This document shows positions 48,594 through 58,637 of a stretch of 64,000 nucleotides of DNA, piece after piece. How positions within the stretch are numbered: position 1 is the stretch's first letter; each line of letters begins with the position of its first letter. Below the pieces are notes generated by a model. That model was not told where the DNA came from. It made no database searches and worked only from the letters and a program-made list of their open reading frames with translations. The stretch spans positions 39,168 through 103,167 of the forward strand of contig JAPPJC010000049.1 in the NCBI GenBank assembly GCA_028820455.1, read 5' to 3'. Made by a program: the position numbers and the translations under genes. The DNA comes from Acidimicrobiaceae bacterium. Its GTDB lineage: Bacteria; Actinomycetota; Acidimicrobiia; Acidimicrobiales; Aldehydirespiratoraceae.

Positions 48594-50962
48594 GTTGCTT
48601 TTCGTATGATCTTGAGGTCAGAGTTTTTAGGGTAGTCGCGCAACATCTCCTTGATGAGACTCGCAAGAGTTGGTGCACCTACGGCACCGGTTGTGACTGC
48701 TGCGAGTGCTCTTTCCCAGCACTGCCTACCAGTGCCACACAGCTCTATGTCCGCTTCGTTGCCCCCAGCTCGAGTCCAGATGCCTTTTTGACTAGGCCCT
48801 TTCGGATACAACTTGACTGCTATCTCGTGGATACCAGCACTGAGTTCGTGAGTTGAAGCTGATCCCAACGAACCGAGCACCTTGGTCTTCAAGACTTCAA
48901 GTGGCGACAGGATTCGTTGACACGCAACCTTGGCGGCCACGAGGTCGGGACGTTGTGGAGCGTGAGTGATAATATACTGCGCAGCATTTTTCCATTTCTC
49001 ACGAGCGACGAGTTCGCCGAGCCGCTTTGCATCAGTCCCAAGATCAGCTGCAGCCATTATTGCTTTGGCACTGCCCGAATCTGCATAGGAAGCAAGCATC
49101 TCAATGGCATCGACTGCCTTGGATACGTCGATCACCGCGATGGCTTTCATAACTTTCTGACTCACGACTGCCCTGCTTAGGGTCGACTCAAGGCTGGATG
49201 CTGTAAATCCTTCAAGGGTGACTACTCTGGCAGTTCGGTTGAGAAGACGGGAACGCGCTGGCTCATCAACGATACTCCAGGCCTCGGCACGTCGAGGGTA
49301 GGATGCCAGATTGATCTCATCGCATGCACCGAGTTCGGCTACCAACGACCTCACGTTGCTATCGCCGTTTATGAGGGCGTTGAGAACCGGTTCCAACGCG
49401 TCCCATGGTTCCAACCATGTCCACGGATCAGCACCGTCTTCGACCGCTCGTGCCCAAATAGCCAGCCAACTTGGTGACCCCGTCCGCACCGGTAGAAGAG
49501 CGTCAGCGTCTTGGTGGACGACTTCGGCTGCTAGTTTGATGAGACCTCGCTCATTGAGAGCGACTGCGGCTTTGACCACGCCACGCGGCTCACACCGCGA
49601 TGCGAGTTGTGAGCGTGACTCAGATGTGTGCCCTGGGATGGCAAGATGATCTTGGAATGCTTCAATGGGCTCGCTGGTTGGGCATGACAGGCTGTGGGTC
49701 ATCGGGAGTTGTGCCTGTTGAGCGATTTCGTGCACCCACTCTTGGTTTCCTACGCCATCCACTGAAGCCAGTGCTGTGTCGATCCGTTCTGGAGCGGCCC
49801 GATGTGCAAGTGCTGCGAAGACGGTGCGACGGTTGGCGGCGATGGCTGCTTTGAGGTAGTCTACGAGTGCTTTCCCACGCTCCTTGATCTGTTTGTCAAG
49901 TGCTGTATTTATCGAGACGCATAGCTGATCGCGCGGTTTGGCTGCGATTTCATCCAACGCAGCCTGGAGATCATCTATGCGGCTCGAATCACCGATTACA
50001 GCCGCTGCCCACGGCTCGACTAACGCGCAGAGATTCGATTCAAGATCTGCGAGATCGAGGGTTCGCAGCCCCCGAACGTGCGAGAACGAAGCGTTAGTGG
50101 ATGATTCTGCAAGCAAAGCGACCACTCGTGCTTTGACGACACGTCCGCGCTGTGGTCCCGGGGCTAGGTGGCTGAGTAGATGTGCACATGCGCGGAGTCC
50201 GTCGGGGTTTGAGCTACAGGCTTCGTTGAGGTGCAGGTTCACCTGAGCGAGGTGATACCACTCGCGCAGCGAAGGTGCCACAAAATCTAGTTCAACCGCT
50301 ATATCCAAGTTGCCATCAAGGACAGCCCGACCGGTTTCTCTGGCCATCGGTGGATCATCGCCATTGATTATTGACGTTGAGTCGAAGCGCGCTCGGGACT
50401 GTTCCGGGACCAGGTAGACCCCGAACGTGGTATCGCGTTTGGGGTAGGGCACACTTGTGGGTGTGAACAGCAGACCGAAGACCAGATCAGCGCGATCTGC
50501 CGTGCTAAGTACGTCCCACAACTGGTCAAGAAGCACATCATAAGTCGAGGTGCCCAGCCAATAGACAGGCCGAGATTCCGCCAACAGATCCAGGACAGCA
50601 CCTAGACCCTCGAGGCGGCCACAACTAACGGGAGGAACGGCAGCGGCGTTAGCAGACGTAGCGTGGATACGGAGATCGGCGAGTTCCATCTCGCCCAATC
50701 GATCAATCTCGACAGCGGCTAGCGTTGTTTTGACCATGCCCGACCGATCTGCTTCTGCGTCGGGTTCGGTGAACTGCACCACATAGTAGTCGCGGATCGC
50801 ATAGCCAGCATAGAAGTTGGGCCATGTCGTCGGTGCGTCTGGCGGCAAATCAGTGTGCCAACGGATGGCGTCGAGCATCTCGGTGTCAATGCCTGCTGCG
50901 TCAATCAAGCCGTGTCTACCGCCCGCATCGCCGAAGCGTGCCCACCCGAGCATGTCACTCAC
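48590..50962 (-). CDS. Large adaptor protein (GAP1-like) with C-terminal effector-associated domain
   Basis: 790 aa with no catalytic motif seen. The C-terminal LYPKGPSQKGIWTRAGGN...LIKEMLRDYPKNSDL matches the effector C-terminus. 4-nt overlaps on both sides. Confidence 0.7.
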   Translation of the reverse strand: MSDMLGWARFGDAGGRHGLIDAAGIDTEMLDAIRWHTDLPPDAPTTWPNFYAGYAIRDYYVVQFTEPDAEADRSGMVKTTLAAVEIDRLGEMELADLRIHATSANAAAVPPVSCGRLEGLGAVLDLLAESRPVYWLGTSTYDVLLDQLWDVLSTADRADLVFGLLFTPTSVPYPKRDTTFGVYLVPEQSRARFDSTSIINGDDPPMARETGRAVLDGNLDIAVELDFVAPSLREWYHLAQVNLHLNEACSSNPDGLRACAHLLSHLAPGPQRGRVVKARVVALLAESSTNASFSHVRGLRTLDLADLESNLCALVEPWAAAVIGDSSRIDDLQAALDEIAAKPRDQLCVSINTALDKQIKERGKALVDYLKAAIAANRRTVFAALAHRAAPERIDTALASVDGVGNQEWVHEIAQQAQLPMTHSLSCPTSEPIEAFQDHLAIPGHTSESRSQLASRCEPRGVVKAAVALNERGLIKLAAEVVHQDADALLPVRTGSPSWLAIWARAVEDGADPWTWLEPWDALEPVLNALINGDSNVRSLVAELGACDEINLASYPRRAEAWSIVDEPARSRLLNRTARVVTLEGFTASSLESTLSRAVVSQKVMKAIAVIDVSKAVDAIEMLASYADSGSAKAIMAAADLGTDAKRLGELVAREKWKNAAQYIITHAPQRPDLVAAKVACQRILSPLEVLKTKVLGSLGSASTHELSAGIHEIAVKLYPKGPSQKGIWTRAGGNEADIELCGTGRQCWERALAAVTTGAVGAPTLASLIKEMLRDYPKNSDLKIIRKAT

Positions 50963-51798
50963 AGCGTCAGGAGTTCGCTGAGATCTCCCGTCTTGGACCC
51001 ATTGCTTCTGATGAGATACCCCATCGATTCGGGGCCGTGATCAACGAACTCGGGATCTGGTTTGTCATCGGCTAATGTCCGTCCTTGGGCCGACAAGCCC
51101 ATTACATGATGTCGTGACGGCTCCCAGTTGCCAGCAACATAGGAGTAAAACAGGGGCATGCGCTGCTTGAGGATCATCACGGGAATGACTCCATCGGTGA
51201 TATCAGATATTTCGTCCCAACAGGACAGCACGACTGTGAGATCGGGCGGGAAAGCGTCCGTCAACATATGTCGCTGGCGTTCATGGCGCAATATCTGGAG
51301 GAGTTCCACGAGGCGGATGTCCAAGGGAAGCCCGCGAGACTTTGCTGTTGCTTCCGACATGGGCTCTTCAAACTCTGGGAGGCTAGGCAGGCTAGACATC
51401 CGCTCCACACGGATGAATAGATTCCAGCGGGTCGACCGCACGACGAGGTCGCGCCAGTGTGGGGAGATATTGCGGGTGTTCACAAGTTCATCGATTGCTT
51501 CACCTGGATAATCAGGGATCGACAACCGCAGCATTTCGCCATCCTGTCGTCTCATGGTCAGTTCTTGGATTACCTTTACCCCGGCCGAAGTATGACGAAC
51601 TGGAAGACCTTGAGATAGGCGATCTAAGCCGTCGTGCACGGCAGCGAGGCTCTCTGGTGCACCGACAAGTGAAAGCGTGCTCAATCCGTGCCGTAGTCGC
51701 CCGTATAGCTGCACGAGAAAAGTTGATTTTCCGCTATCCGGCCCACCGACAAGCAGCACTAGTTCTGTTGACGAAGCCGCCCGGCTGACCGTGGTCAT
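50959..51798 (-). CDS. P-loop GTPase-like protein (second of tandem pair)
   Basis: 279 aa. Walker A LLVGGPDSGKST, DYPGE (DxxG), SCWD in the position of NKxD. 4-nt overlaps on both sides. Confidence 0.75.
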   Translation of the reverse strand: MTTVSRAASSTELVLLVGGPDSGKSTFLVQLYGRLRHGLSTLSLVGAPESLAAVHDGLDRLSQGLPVRHTSAGVKVIQELTMRRQDGEMLRLSIPDYPGEAIDELVNTRNISPHWRDLVVRSTRWNLFIRVERMSSLPSLPEFEEPMSEATAKSRGLPLDIRLVELLQILRHERQRHMLTDAFPPDLTVVLSCWDEISDITDGVIPVMILKQRMPLFYSYVAGNWEPSRHHVMGLSAQGRTLADDKPDPEFVDHGPESMGYLIRSNGSKTGDLSELLTL

Positions 51799-52856
51799 GT
51801 CGGCCTCAGCCGTTCGCGGAACCCCAGAAAGGGGTCCAGCTGCCTCGGGTCGTCATGCTCAAGGCGACGGGGTGCAGTTGCCTTTCGGATCGCCTCGTCG
51901 AGTGGAAAGATGGGATCAGGTATTGGGGATCTCCGAATAACAGACAACGGAGTAGCTGCCATCCCGAAGAGTTCGGTGTCGGTATGCTCAAGTGCTTTAT
52001 CAATCGTATCGGGTACAGGGAGATCAGCCTTCGCTCTCACCGGGTAGACCTCACGACCGTTAGCGACCGAAGACACTCGCATGGCCAGATTCTGGTAGGA
52101 ACTTCGAGCGCGTCCTTGATCTGGGCCTGAGAGCGCGTCGGAGTCGGAGAGTAGTACGAATAGATCAGCCCGGTCAGCGATCCATTGTGCTCCAGGTGCA
52201 GCGTCGGCTTCAATGGCCCATTCCTCGAACCACTCGCCTGGAACATCGGTAAAAAACACGTTATATAAGTTTCGCAGGTTCGAAGCGAGCCGGACGTGAA
52301 GCAGTGCTGGCGAGCGGCCGCTCGTAGTGTGTGGAGGGAAACCTCGTGATCCGTTAGGCGGAAACTCGGCATAGTGAGCGATCTGGTCCCATCCCAGAAT
52401 AGTGTAGGACCCGGCAAAGCTCAGACCGTTGCTTTCATAGTCGCGGCGTAGACGGATGAAGTATGCTGCAAGTGCAGATGTTTTGCCCGCGTTGGGTGCT
52501 CCGATCAGTGCCACAACCCGTGGGCGACCGGTACCAGCAATTGCGTTCAAGTCCACGCTGCCGAGAGCGAGCCCAGACCACGGTGGTCGGTCACCCTCTG
52601 TGTATAAGCCACTGCTCTCCGCTCCGTTGGTTTGCCAGTTCTCACACTCCGTTAGCTTAAGATCGCCAAGATGGCAGGGTGTTTTGGGAGCGTAACAGTG
52701 TGCGTTTTTGCATTTGTTTCCGCTGGCAGAGTGACCGCTCGTCAGGCCGTCACTACGATCCGGCTGAGCCGAGTCGACTCCCACCGCAGGCTCTTCGTGT
52801 GCTGGCTCTATAGGTGGGGCATCTACAGCCCCCGGTGCATTATTGTCTGGTGTCAC
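51795..52856 (-). CDS. P-loop GTPase-like protein (first of tandem pair) with Cys-rich N-terminus
   Basis: 353 aa. Walker A LIGAPNAGKTS, FTDVPGEW (DxxG). N-terminal CKNAHCYAPKTPCHLGDLKLTEC. 4-nt overlaps on both sides. Confidence 0.75.
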   Translation of the reverse strand: MTPDNNAPGAVDAPPIEPAHEEPAVGVDSAQPDRSDGLTSGHSASGNKCKNAHCYAPKTPCHLGDLKLTECENWQTNGAESSGLYTEGDRPPWSGLALGSVDLNAIAGTGRPRVVALIGAPNAGKTSALAAYFIRLRRDYESNGLSFAGSYTILGWDQIAHYAEFPPNGSRGFPPHTTSGRSPALLHVRLASNLRNLYNVFFTDVPGEWFEEWAIEADAAPGAQWIADRADLFVLLSDSDALSGPDQGRARSSYQNLAMRVSSVANGREVYPVRAKADLPVPDTIDKALEHTDTELFGMAATPLSVIRRSPIPDPIFPLDEAIRKATAPRRLEHDDPRQLDPFLGFRERLRPT

Positions 52857-53980
52857 GATTCCGGCTCCGGCAGATCAACGGCGCATGCGCTGAGCAAACC
52901 GATAACTTGAAGGTCTCTGAACACCGATTTGGCAGCATCGCCGGGCGTCAGTGTCTCTGGAAGGGTCAGTATTGACATGTCGGGGTCGTTGGCAGCAATC
53001 GCTGAAACCACAAGACCGTATCCGTCGACGCTGACTTCGCGCTTCGGCCCGATTCGTTCCCAAGCTGTTGCCAAGTCTTTGAACGTGATCGACAGCTCCG
53101 TGCCGATACTGCTGGCTATGGCCTCATCTAGCAGGTGCTCGACCGCTGTCGGTGCTGTTAGAGGAGTCAATCGGCGTATGTCTAGTGCTGTGGCGATCGC
53201 GCAAAGTGCAGGGTCGCTGACGTCGGCATACCGCTCACCGAGCACATCCGAATAGGCTGCAAGATGCCACCAAAGCAGACTCTCTCGAAGCAGTGAAGCC
53301 TCGACAACAGCCCACCGGGCTTTGAGTTGCGCTCGAAGTGCACCTCCCAGCTTCTGGGCGAAGGTTTTCAGTTCGCTATCATCCAGTGAGTCGCTGGTTA
53401 CAACCGGCGGCATCCGCAATTCGTCAATGTCGGTTGACGGTAGCCACACGAGGTCGAGACGCTCCGACACGACCGCATCAATCCGCGATATCTCATCTCT
53501 GACTACTTCCTCCCACCGGCCTACCGACACTCCCAACGCCCTAATGGTTCGAAGTACGTACCAGTTGGCTGTTTCGAGGTCCTCGTCATCTGCCGCTGCC
53601 GTGACCGCTGCTTGGAACGTAATAGCCCGCAGCAGTTCGGTAGGAGTCTCAGGGAAGGCGTTGCGCGCTGAGGGCCACTTGTCCAGCAGACAATTATAGG
53701 CGTAGTTCAAGACTGGATCATCGACCGGTGCTGTCGACTCGTCGATGGCACGAAGCAGAGCCGCAGCCAGCTTTGATCGACCTTCGCCCGCTAGCCACTC
53801 AGCCATGTTCTGGGCTGCTTCCCCGGCGTGTTTTAGTCGTTGATCATCTTCACCGAGATCACTTAGCAGTCCCGCCCGAAGCAGGTTCAACAGCAAATGG
53901 TTGGTCATCTGATTCCCTTGATTATAAAGCTGTGACTCGGCCACCGCCGAAGTCGCAGTCTGTTTGTGTACATTGTCCAA
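52853..53980 (-). CDS. All-helical protein, first gene of the GTPase operon
   Basis: 375 aa, Leu/Ala-rich, no catalytic motif. ATGA overlap with the downstream GTPase. An alternative start is MTNHLLLNLL at 53908. Confidence 0.7.
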   Translation of the reverse strand: MDNVHKQTATSAVAESQLYNQGNQMTNHLLLNLLRAGLLSDLGEDDQRLKHAGEAAQNMAEWLAGEGRSKLAAALLRAIDESTAPVDDPVLNYAYNCLLDKWPSARNAFPETPTELLRAITFQAAVTAAADDEDLETANWYVLRTIRALGVSVGRWEEVVRDEISRIDAVVSERLDLVWLPSTDIDELRMPPVVTSDSLDDSELKTFAQKLGGALRAQLKARWAVVEASLLRESLLWWHLAAYSDVLGERYADVSDPALCAIATALDIRRLTPLTAPTAVEHLLDEAIASSIGTELSITFKDLATAWERIGPKREVSVDGYGLVVSAIAANDPDMSILTLPETLTPGDAAKSVFRDLQVIGLLSACAVDLPEPES

Positions 53981-54442
53981 GTATATGTAGTCGTGTTAGC
54001 ATGTCCGCAGTCTATCCTGGATTCATCATGGGGATGCTCAGGTGTGAGGTTCACGGACACGTCCTGTCAGCTCGGTTCTCAGGTGTACCGCGATCTTCGG
54101 CAGGATGAAGCGGGACTTCTTTGGCCGCACGATTGTGTTCCTGTGCGAAACCTCTAATCCTGTGCTTGGCGAAACCTGTACCTGGTTACGACGTAAAGGC
54201 TGGATACAATGCAGCGGTCCGCCTCACGGCCATGATCAAGCACTTGACTTGAACCATGTCAGCGCAGCCGTAGCCAACGAAGCGAGCCTGGCAGTGGCTG
54301 TTCCGAGACGCCGAGCGGTTGTGCTCCCTATGTCATTTACCATGCAATTCATCAATCTTCATCTATATCCACTCATTAAGATCGCGATCTGCTAGCATGA
54401 TCACTCCTTCCAGATAAACCATGTCTTTTCTAAGAGATTCAT

Positions 54443-55384
54443 ATGTATATAGTACATTCAATGGAAGATCGGATGTGCATTGAAGTACTTCTTGAAGAAT
54501 CAAATACGCTGGTTGAAATTCTTGACATAATCGTAGAAGACATGTCCGATCCACGTCTACAGGCGATAGCTGACTCAGCCTGGTACCGCCTCGGATCAGT
54601 CAATGTTCTCATCCGAGATCAAGGTGGAGATGCGGTAGCAGCGTGCCTAGCTCGGGGACTTATAGAGCAAGCAGCATATTGGGATTGGACACTAGCGACA
54701 GGAGTTGGTGTTGATCACCTTGATCGGTGGGCGGTGCTTGAACTGGAGAACTTGTCGCGTCTTGCTGCTGAAATGGATGATGAGGTGTGGCTTGGGTGGT
54801 TAGTACCACCCAGTCTGACTTTAACAGTATCTTCAGGGCCAGCTATTCCGAAGAATCCTGGAGATGCAGTTCGACGACTCGGATCGGGTTTAGACGGGGC
54901 TGTTCTCGGGCCGTTGCAATTTGAGGGCCTGCTGTCAGCGTACCGGATCCTTGATGTGCTTGCACATGGCAACTATATTGGTGCCACAATCCTCTCAGGG
55001 CATCCAGATTCCAAATTGCCTGACTGTCTTGCCGCTATAGCTACGCATTTAGCGGCTGCTAGTGCTACTGCTGTGATGTTCGCTCTCGTCAATGAAGAAT
55101 CGTGTCTGGACGCGGTAGCAGCACAATTCAAGCTCGTGGCCACAACAGCATCTGCGATCCATGGTCTTAAATCGCAATTGTCATTTGTGACGCGGCGACT
55201 GCCTCATGCAAAACGAACACAGCCAGTTGACACAACTTCATCTATATCGCGAATGCCCACAGCTACCGAAGACATGACGAGACTAGGTATTGAGTTTGTA
55301 GATGCAGCTGATCATCTTGTCCAAAGCGTTTTAAATAGTGCTAACCACACAGAATATTGCTGGTGCATGGCTTCCACTGTATAA
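54443..55384 (+). CDS. Hypothetical protein, tandem paralog 1
   Basis: 313 aa, divergent from the GTPase operon. LARGLIEQAAYWDW aligns with AARMLLEDGARWSW of the next gene. AT-rich relative to its flanks. Confidence 0.6.
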   Translation: MYIVHSMEDRMCIEVLLEESNTLVEILDIIVEDMSDPRLQAIADSAWYRLGSVNVLIRDQGGDAVAACLARGLIEQAAYWDWTLATGVGVDHLDRWAVLELENLSRLAAEMDDEVWLGWLVPPSLTLTVSSGPAIPKNPGDAVRRLGSGLDGAVLGPLQFEGLLSAYRILDVLAHGNYIGATILSGHPDSKLPDCLAAIATHLAAASATAVMFALVNEESCLDAVAAQFKLVATTASAIHGLKSQLSFVTRRLPHAKRTQPVDTTSSISRMPTATEDMTRLGIEFVDAADHLVQSVLNSANHTEYCWCMASTV

Positions 55385-55391
55385 CTTTGAG

Positions 55392-56018
55392 ATGGCACAG
55401 TCAAATCTGTTAGTTATTCGTAATAGTTTAGAAGGAAGCCTGGGTAAAGCACTTATGCCAATTGCTGCACGCATGCTGCTTGAGGACGGTGCTAGATGGA
55501 GCTGGTTCAGACACAGTGCGGGGAATGAGATGAGAGGCGAGTCTCTAAAAGCGTTGGTCAATGATGGGATAGACTATCGAGATCGAATAGCTGCGAATCT
55601 TAAATCGGACGGAGTACCTCAGTATATCATTGACCAACTCCTCGGCACTGCCCTCGAAGTTTCTCGCCCCGAATCGGCGACAATACCAACAGCAAAATTA
55701 GATGACATGCTGCGCGGTGCTTACCCTAACCTATCATACATTGATACAACACGAGCTATGTACAGCATATTATCACAATTTGTGCATGCTACACCTATCT
55801 CAAATTGGCATATTCATCGAGATATATTTCCTTCACTCTCAGCACCCATTTATGCTGTATCATTAGAATCAGCTGTTAGAGGATTCGAGCGCATAGCATC
55901 AATTACTCTCCCAATGATGGGTATCGATCTTGAATCCCTAGAGCAACCGTTGAAGAAGATGCGGAAACAGTGTGCTATGATAATTCAGCAGGCAATCCTC
56001 TATCATTTCCTAGGATAG
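55392..56018 (+). CDS. Hypothetical protein, tandem paralog 2
   Basis: ORF 55338..56018. ATG 55392 lies just after the upstream stop. Shares a helical N-terminal motif with the preceding gene. Confidence 0.6.
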   Translation: MAQSNLLVIRNSLEGSLGKALMPIAARMLLEDGARWSWFRHSAGNEMRGESLKALVNDGIDYRDRIAANLKSDGVPQYIIDQLLGTALEVSRPESATIPTAKLDDMLRGAYPNLSYIDTTRAMYSILSQFVHATPISNWHIHRDIFPSLSAPIYAVSLESAVRGFERIASITLPMMGIDLESLEQPLKKMRKQCAMIIQQAILYHFLG

Positions 56019-56021
56019 ATG

Positions 56022-57253
56022 GGGGATTATAGGGTTAGGTTGACGGAAGCTCGTATGCTGGGTATGTTCATTGTATGGGCAATTCACCAGGAAAATCGTA
56101 TAGGGGTGGGATCAGTCTGTTACGGTTGGCGGTCATGTTTCCCGATGAGCGAGCCGCTCGGAATGGTTTGAAGGTAGTATCTGGCCGGATGGTAGAATCT
56201 GCCCACGTTGTGGTAGTGGCAAGACTTGCGAGGCGAGTCACGCTAAGATGCCTTACTGGTGCGGTGCTTGCCGTTCCTATTTCAGTGTCAGGACGAACAC
56301 GGTGCTGGAATCGTCGAGGCTGCCCCTGCTGAAATGGGTGTATGCCGTGTATTTAGAGGTGACTAGCCTCAAAGGTGTGAGCTCCATGAAGCTACACCGC
56401 GACATCGATGTGGCCCAGAGCACTGCTTGGCATATGCTGCACAGGATACGCAAGGCCTTCAAAAACGACGACCCCCTGTTCAGTGGTATAGTCGAAGTCG
56501 ACGAGACGCACTTCGGTGGGAGAGAACGCAACAAGCACCAGTCGCAGCGCAGCGGTAAGCGCGGCCCGAGTGGCAAGGCAACCGTAGTCGGAGCGAGAGA
56601 ACGCAGCACGGGACGTGTGGCTGCTGCTAGTGTGCCCGATACCACGGCTTCCACGCTATGCGGGTTCGTGGACACCCACGTCGGGAGCAGGGCATTGTTG
56701 ATGACGGATGGGACGCACGCTTACAGCGGTTATAATCGCGTTGTCGTGAACCACAGCGTAGGAGAATACGTGAGAGGAATGGCGCACACCAACGGTATCG
56801 AGAGCTTCTGGGCTATGCTCAAGCGCGCTTACCAGGGAGTGTACCATCACATCAGCCGCAAGCACCTGCACAGGTACGTGGGCGAGTTCGCCAGCCGCCA
56901 CAACCTGCGGCCGCCGGATACGGTGGATCAAATGTCAACATTAGCTCGGGGCATGATCGGTAAACGCCTCACGTACGCGGAGCTGGTAGCATGAAACGAC
57001 TATACCGTTCTGATTGCAAAGCCACAACAGACGAACTGTCCGATGAAAGGGGTGAAAGCGGACTTGAACCATCTGGAACCGCCATTCAACGACTCAGGTA
57101 GCGTGTATCCGATGATATTCGACACCGAGACCGTCACAACGCAGCAGAAAACACCACCGCGCATCCAGGAGTCGAAAAATACACGAAACCACAACCCGCA
57201 AACCCAAACACGCAACCCCCACAACACCCCGTCAACCTAACCCTATAATCCCC
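56022..57253 (+). mobile_element. IS1595-family insertion sequence
   Basis: 25-nt terminal inverted repeats GGGGATTATAGGGTTAGGTTGACGG (56022-56046) and its complement (57229-57253). 8-bp direct duplication GATAGATG at 56014-56021 and 57254-57261. Confidence 0.9.
56075..56994 (+). pseudogene. IS1595-family (ISXO2-like) transposase with apparent frameshift
   Basis: The N-part MGNS...MFPDERAAR is in frame 2. The Zn-ribbon and DDE body (EWFEGSIWPDGRICPRCGSGKTC...VEVDETHFGG...) is in frame 1, tracked as 56248..56994. The switch is at 56159-56161, a short G run, so it could be a sequencing error. Confidence 0.75.
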
Positions 57254-57464
57254 GATAGATGGCTCTCATATCTTTATGGAGGACTCTGTGACTGCGGTGA
57301 ACTTCTTCTATGAGCTCCTACGTCACATTCTCGCACTGGATGGCTCACCCTACTACAACCCAGATACAATGTCCACGGTTATCACAGCGAGCAACGTCTT
57401 CCTAATCCAGCAGAGCAACTGCTCCACAACGGCTGCTCCGCCCGCCCCTTCTCAGGGTCTGATG

Positions 57465-58637
57465 TCATGCCGCGACCGTCCTCACCCGGCCGGAAAGGAG
57501 GTCGTCTGCGAGGCCAGCGCGGAGTTTCTGGAGCTTGTCTAGTTGCTGCTGGGTGGCCTGGATTGCATCGTCAGCTGTGTCGAGGATCTCTGCACTACGT
57601 TGTTGTTCTTCTAGTGATGGGAGATGGAGCTTAAGCTCCCCAATTAGCTTTTGATTCACGGATGGTAATGCTCCGATTTGGACAAAGTTCTTGAAATCAA
57701 CAAGCTGCAACCAGCGATATAACCATTCAGTCGAGACAAGCGACGTTGGAATGGCCGCCATCATGTTATTGTCTACGATTGAGTCAACTGTCAATATTCT
57801 ACGTTTGTTGCCGAGTAAAGCAGCACCAACTTTCGCGAATATGACCGAACCGGGTGGAAGAAGTCTCCATCCATATCTTACAGCGACCTCACGTTCGACA
57901 TAGTTGTTCGCGTCTCGCATGAACTTTCTGTTGCCAGATGCATTCATATCGCTTACCTTATAAAATGGGACGGATCCTGTCTGGTTCCCTTGCATATCCT
58001 CGGGAAATCCATGTCCACCCTTAAGAATTGCGACAGCTGCCAGATCAATTGCTGGGCCAGTTGAGCTCAGCACAAGCTGTTCCTGGACGGCACTTGAGAC
58101 GACTTGCAGTTTGGTGATGACATACTCAGTAGTCCGAATGGTTTCGTCAAACGTGTCGAGAATTTCTGCGATACGTTGCTGTTCGTCTAGGGGTGGTACT
58201 GGTACGTGCCAGCGTACTAAGTTCGCTCTAGGTAGATGACCGATACTTGTCTGCCCCGTTAAGGCTCGGAGCAGACCGCGACGTGCGGCATATTCAAAAT
58301 AATATCGCATGAAGAGCGCGCTCACCTTGGCAATAGGACGCAGACGATGGATAGCATTCTGAAAATAACAATTAGACAACTCACCAGACCACAAGGCTGC
58401 TCTTCCTACCTCGCCTCCTTCACAGATAAGCAAGTCTCCCGGTTGTAACCTATAGCACTTGCGTTCTATACCACTAAAGTTCATTGTTCCAAGGTCATCA
58501 ATGACTATTTTTCCCCATTGAACGTTCCGGTTTGCGAGGTACTGATATTGTGGCCCATTATTGGAACCATTACTAAGCATCTTGCCGAGTTGAACCTCAA
58601 ACAGCTGACCCAAAGGCTGTTGTTCCCACTCACCCAT
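57465..58637 (-). CDS. hsdS: Type I R-M specificity subunit
   Basis: Two target-recognition halves, each followed by a conserved helix ([19 protein letters not shown] and [21 protein letters not shown]). ATG 58637 overlaps the hsdM stop. Confidence 0.9.
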   Translation of the reverse strand: MGEWEQQPLGQLFEVQLGKMLSNGSNNGPQYQYLANRNVQWGKIVIDDLGTMNFSGIERKCYRLQPGDLLICEGGEVGRAALWSGELSNCYFQNAIHRLRPIAKVSALFMRYYFEYAARRGLLRALTGQTSIGHLPRANLVRWHVPVPPLDEQQRIAEILDTFDETIRTTEYVITKLQVVSSAVQEQLVLSSTGPAIDLAAVAILKGGHGFPEDMQGNQTGSVPFYKVSDMNASGNRKFMRDANNYVEREVAVRYGWRLLPPGSVIFAKVGAALLGNKRRILTVDSIVDNNMMAAIPTSLVSTEWLYRWLQLVDFKNFVQIGALPSVNQKLIGELKLHLPSLEEQQRSAEILDTADDAIQATQQQLDKLQKLRAGLADDLLSGRVRTVAA

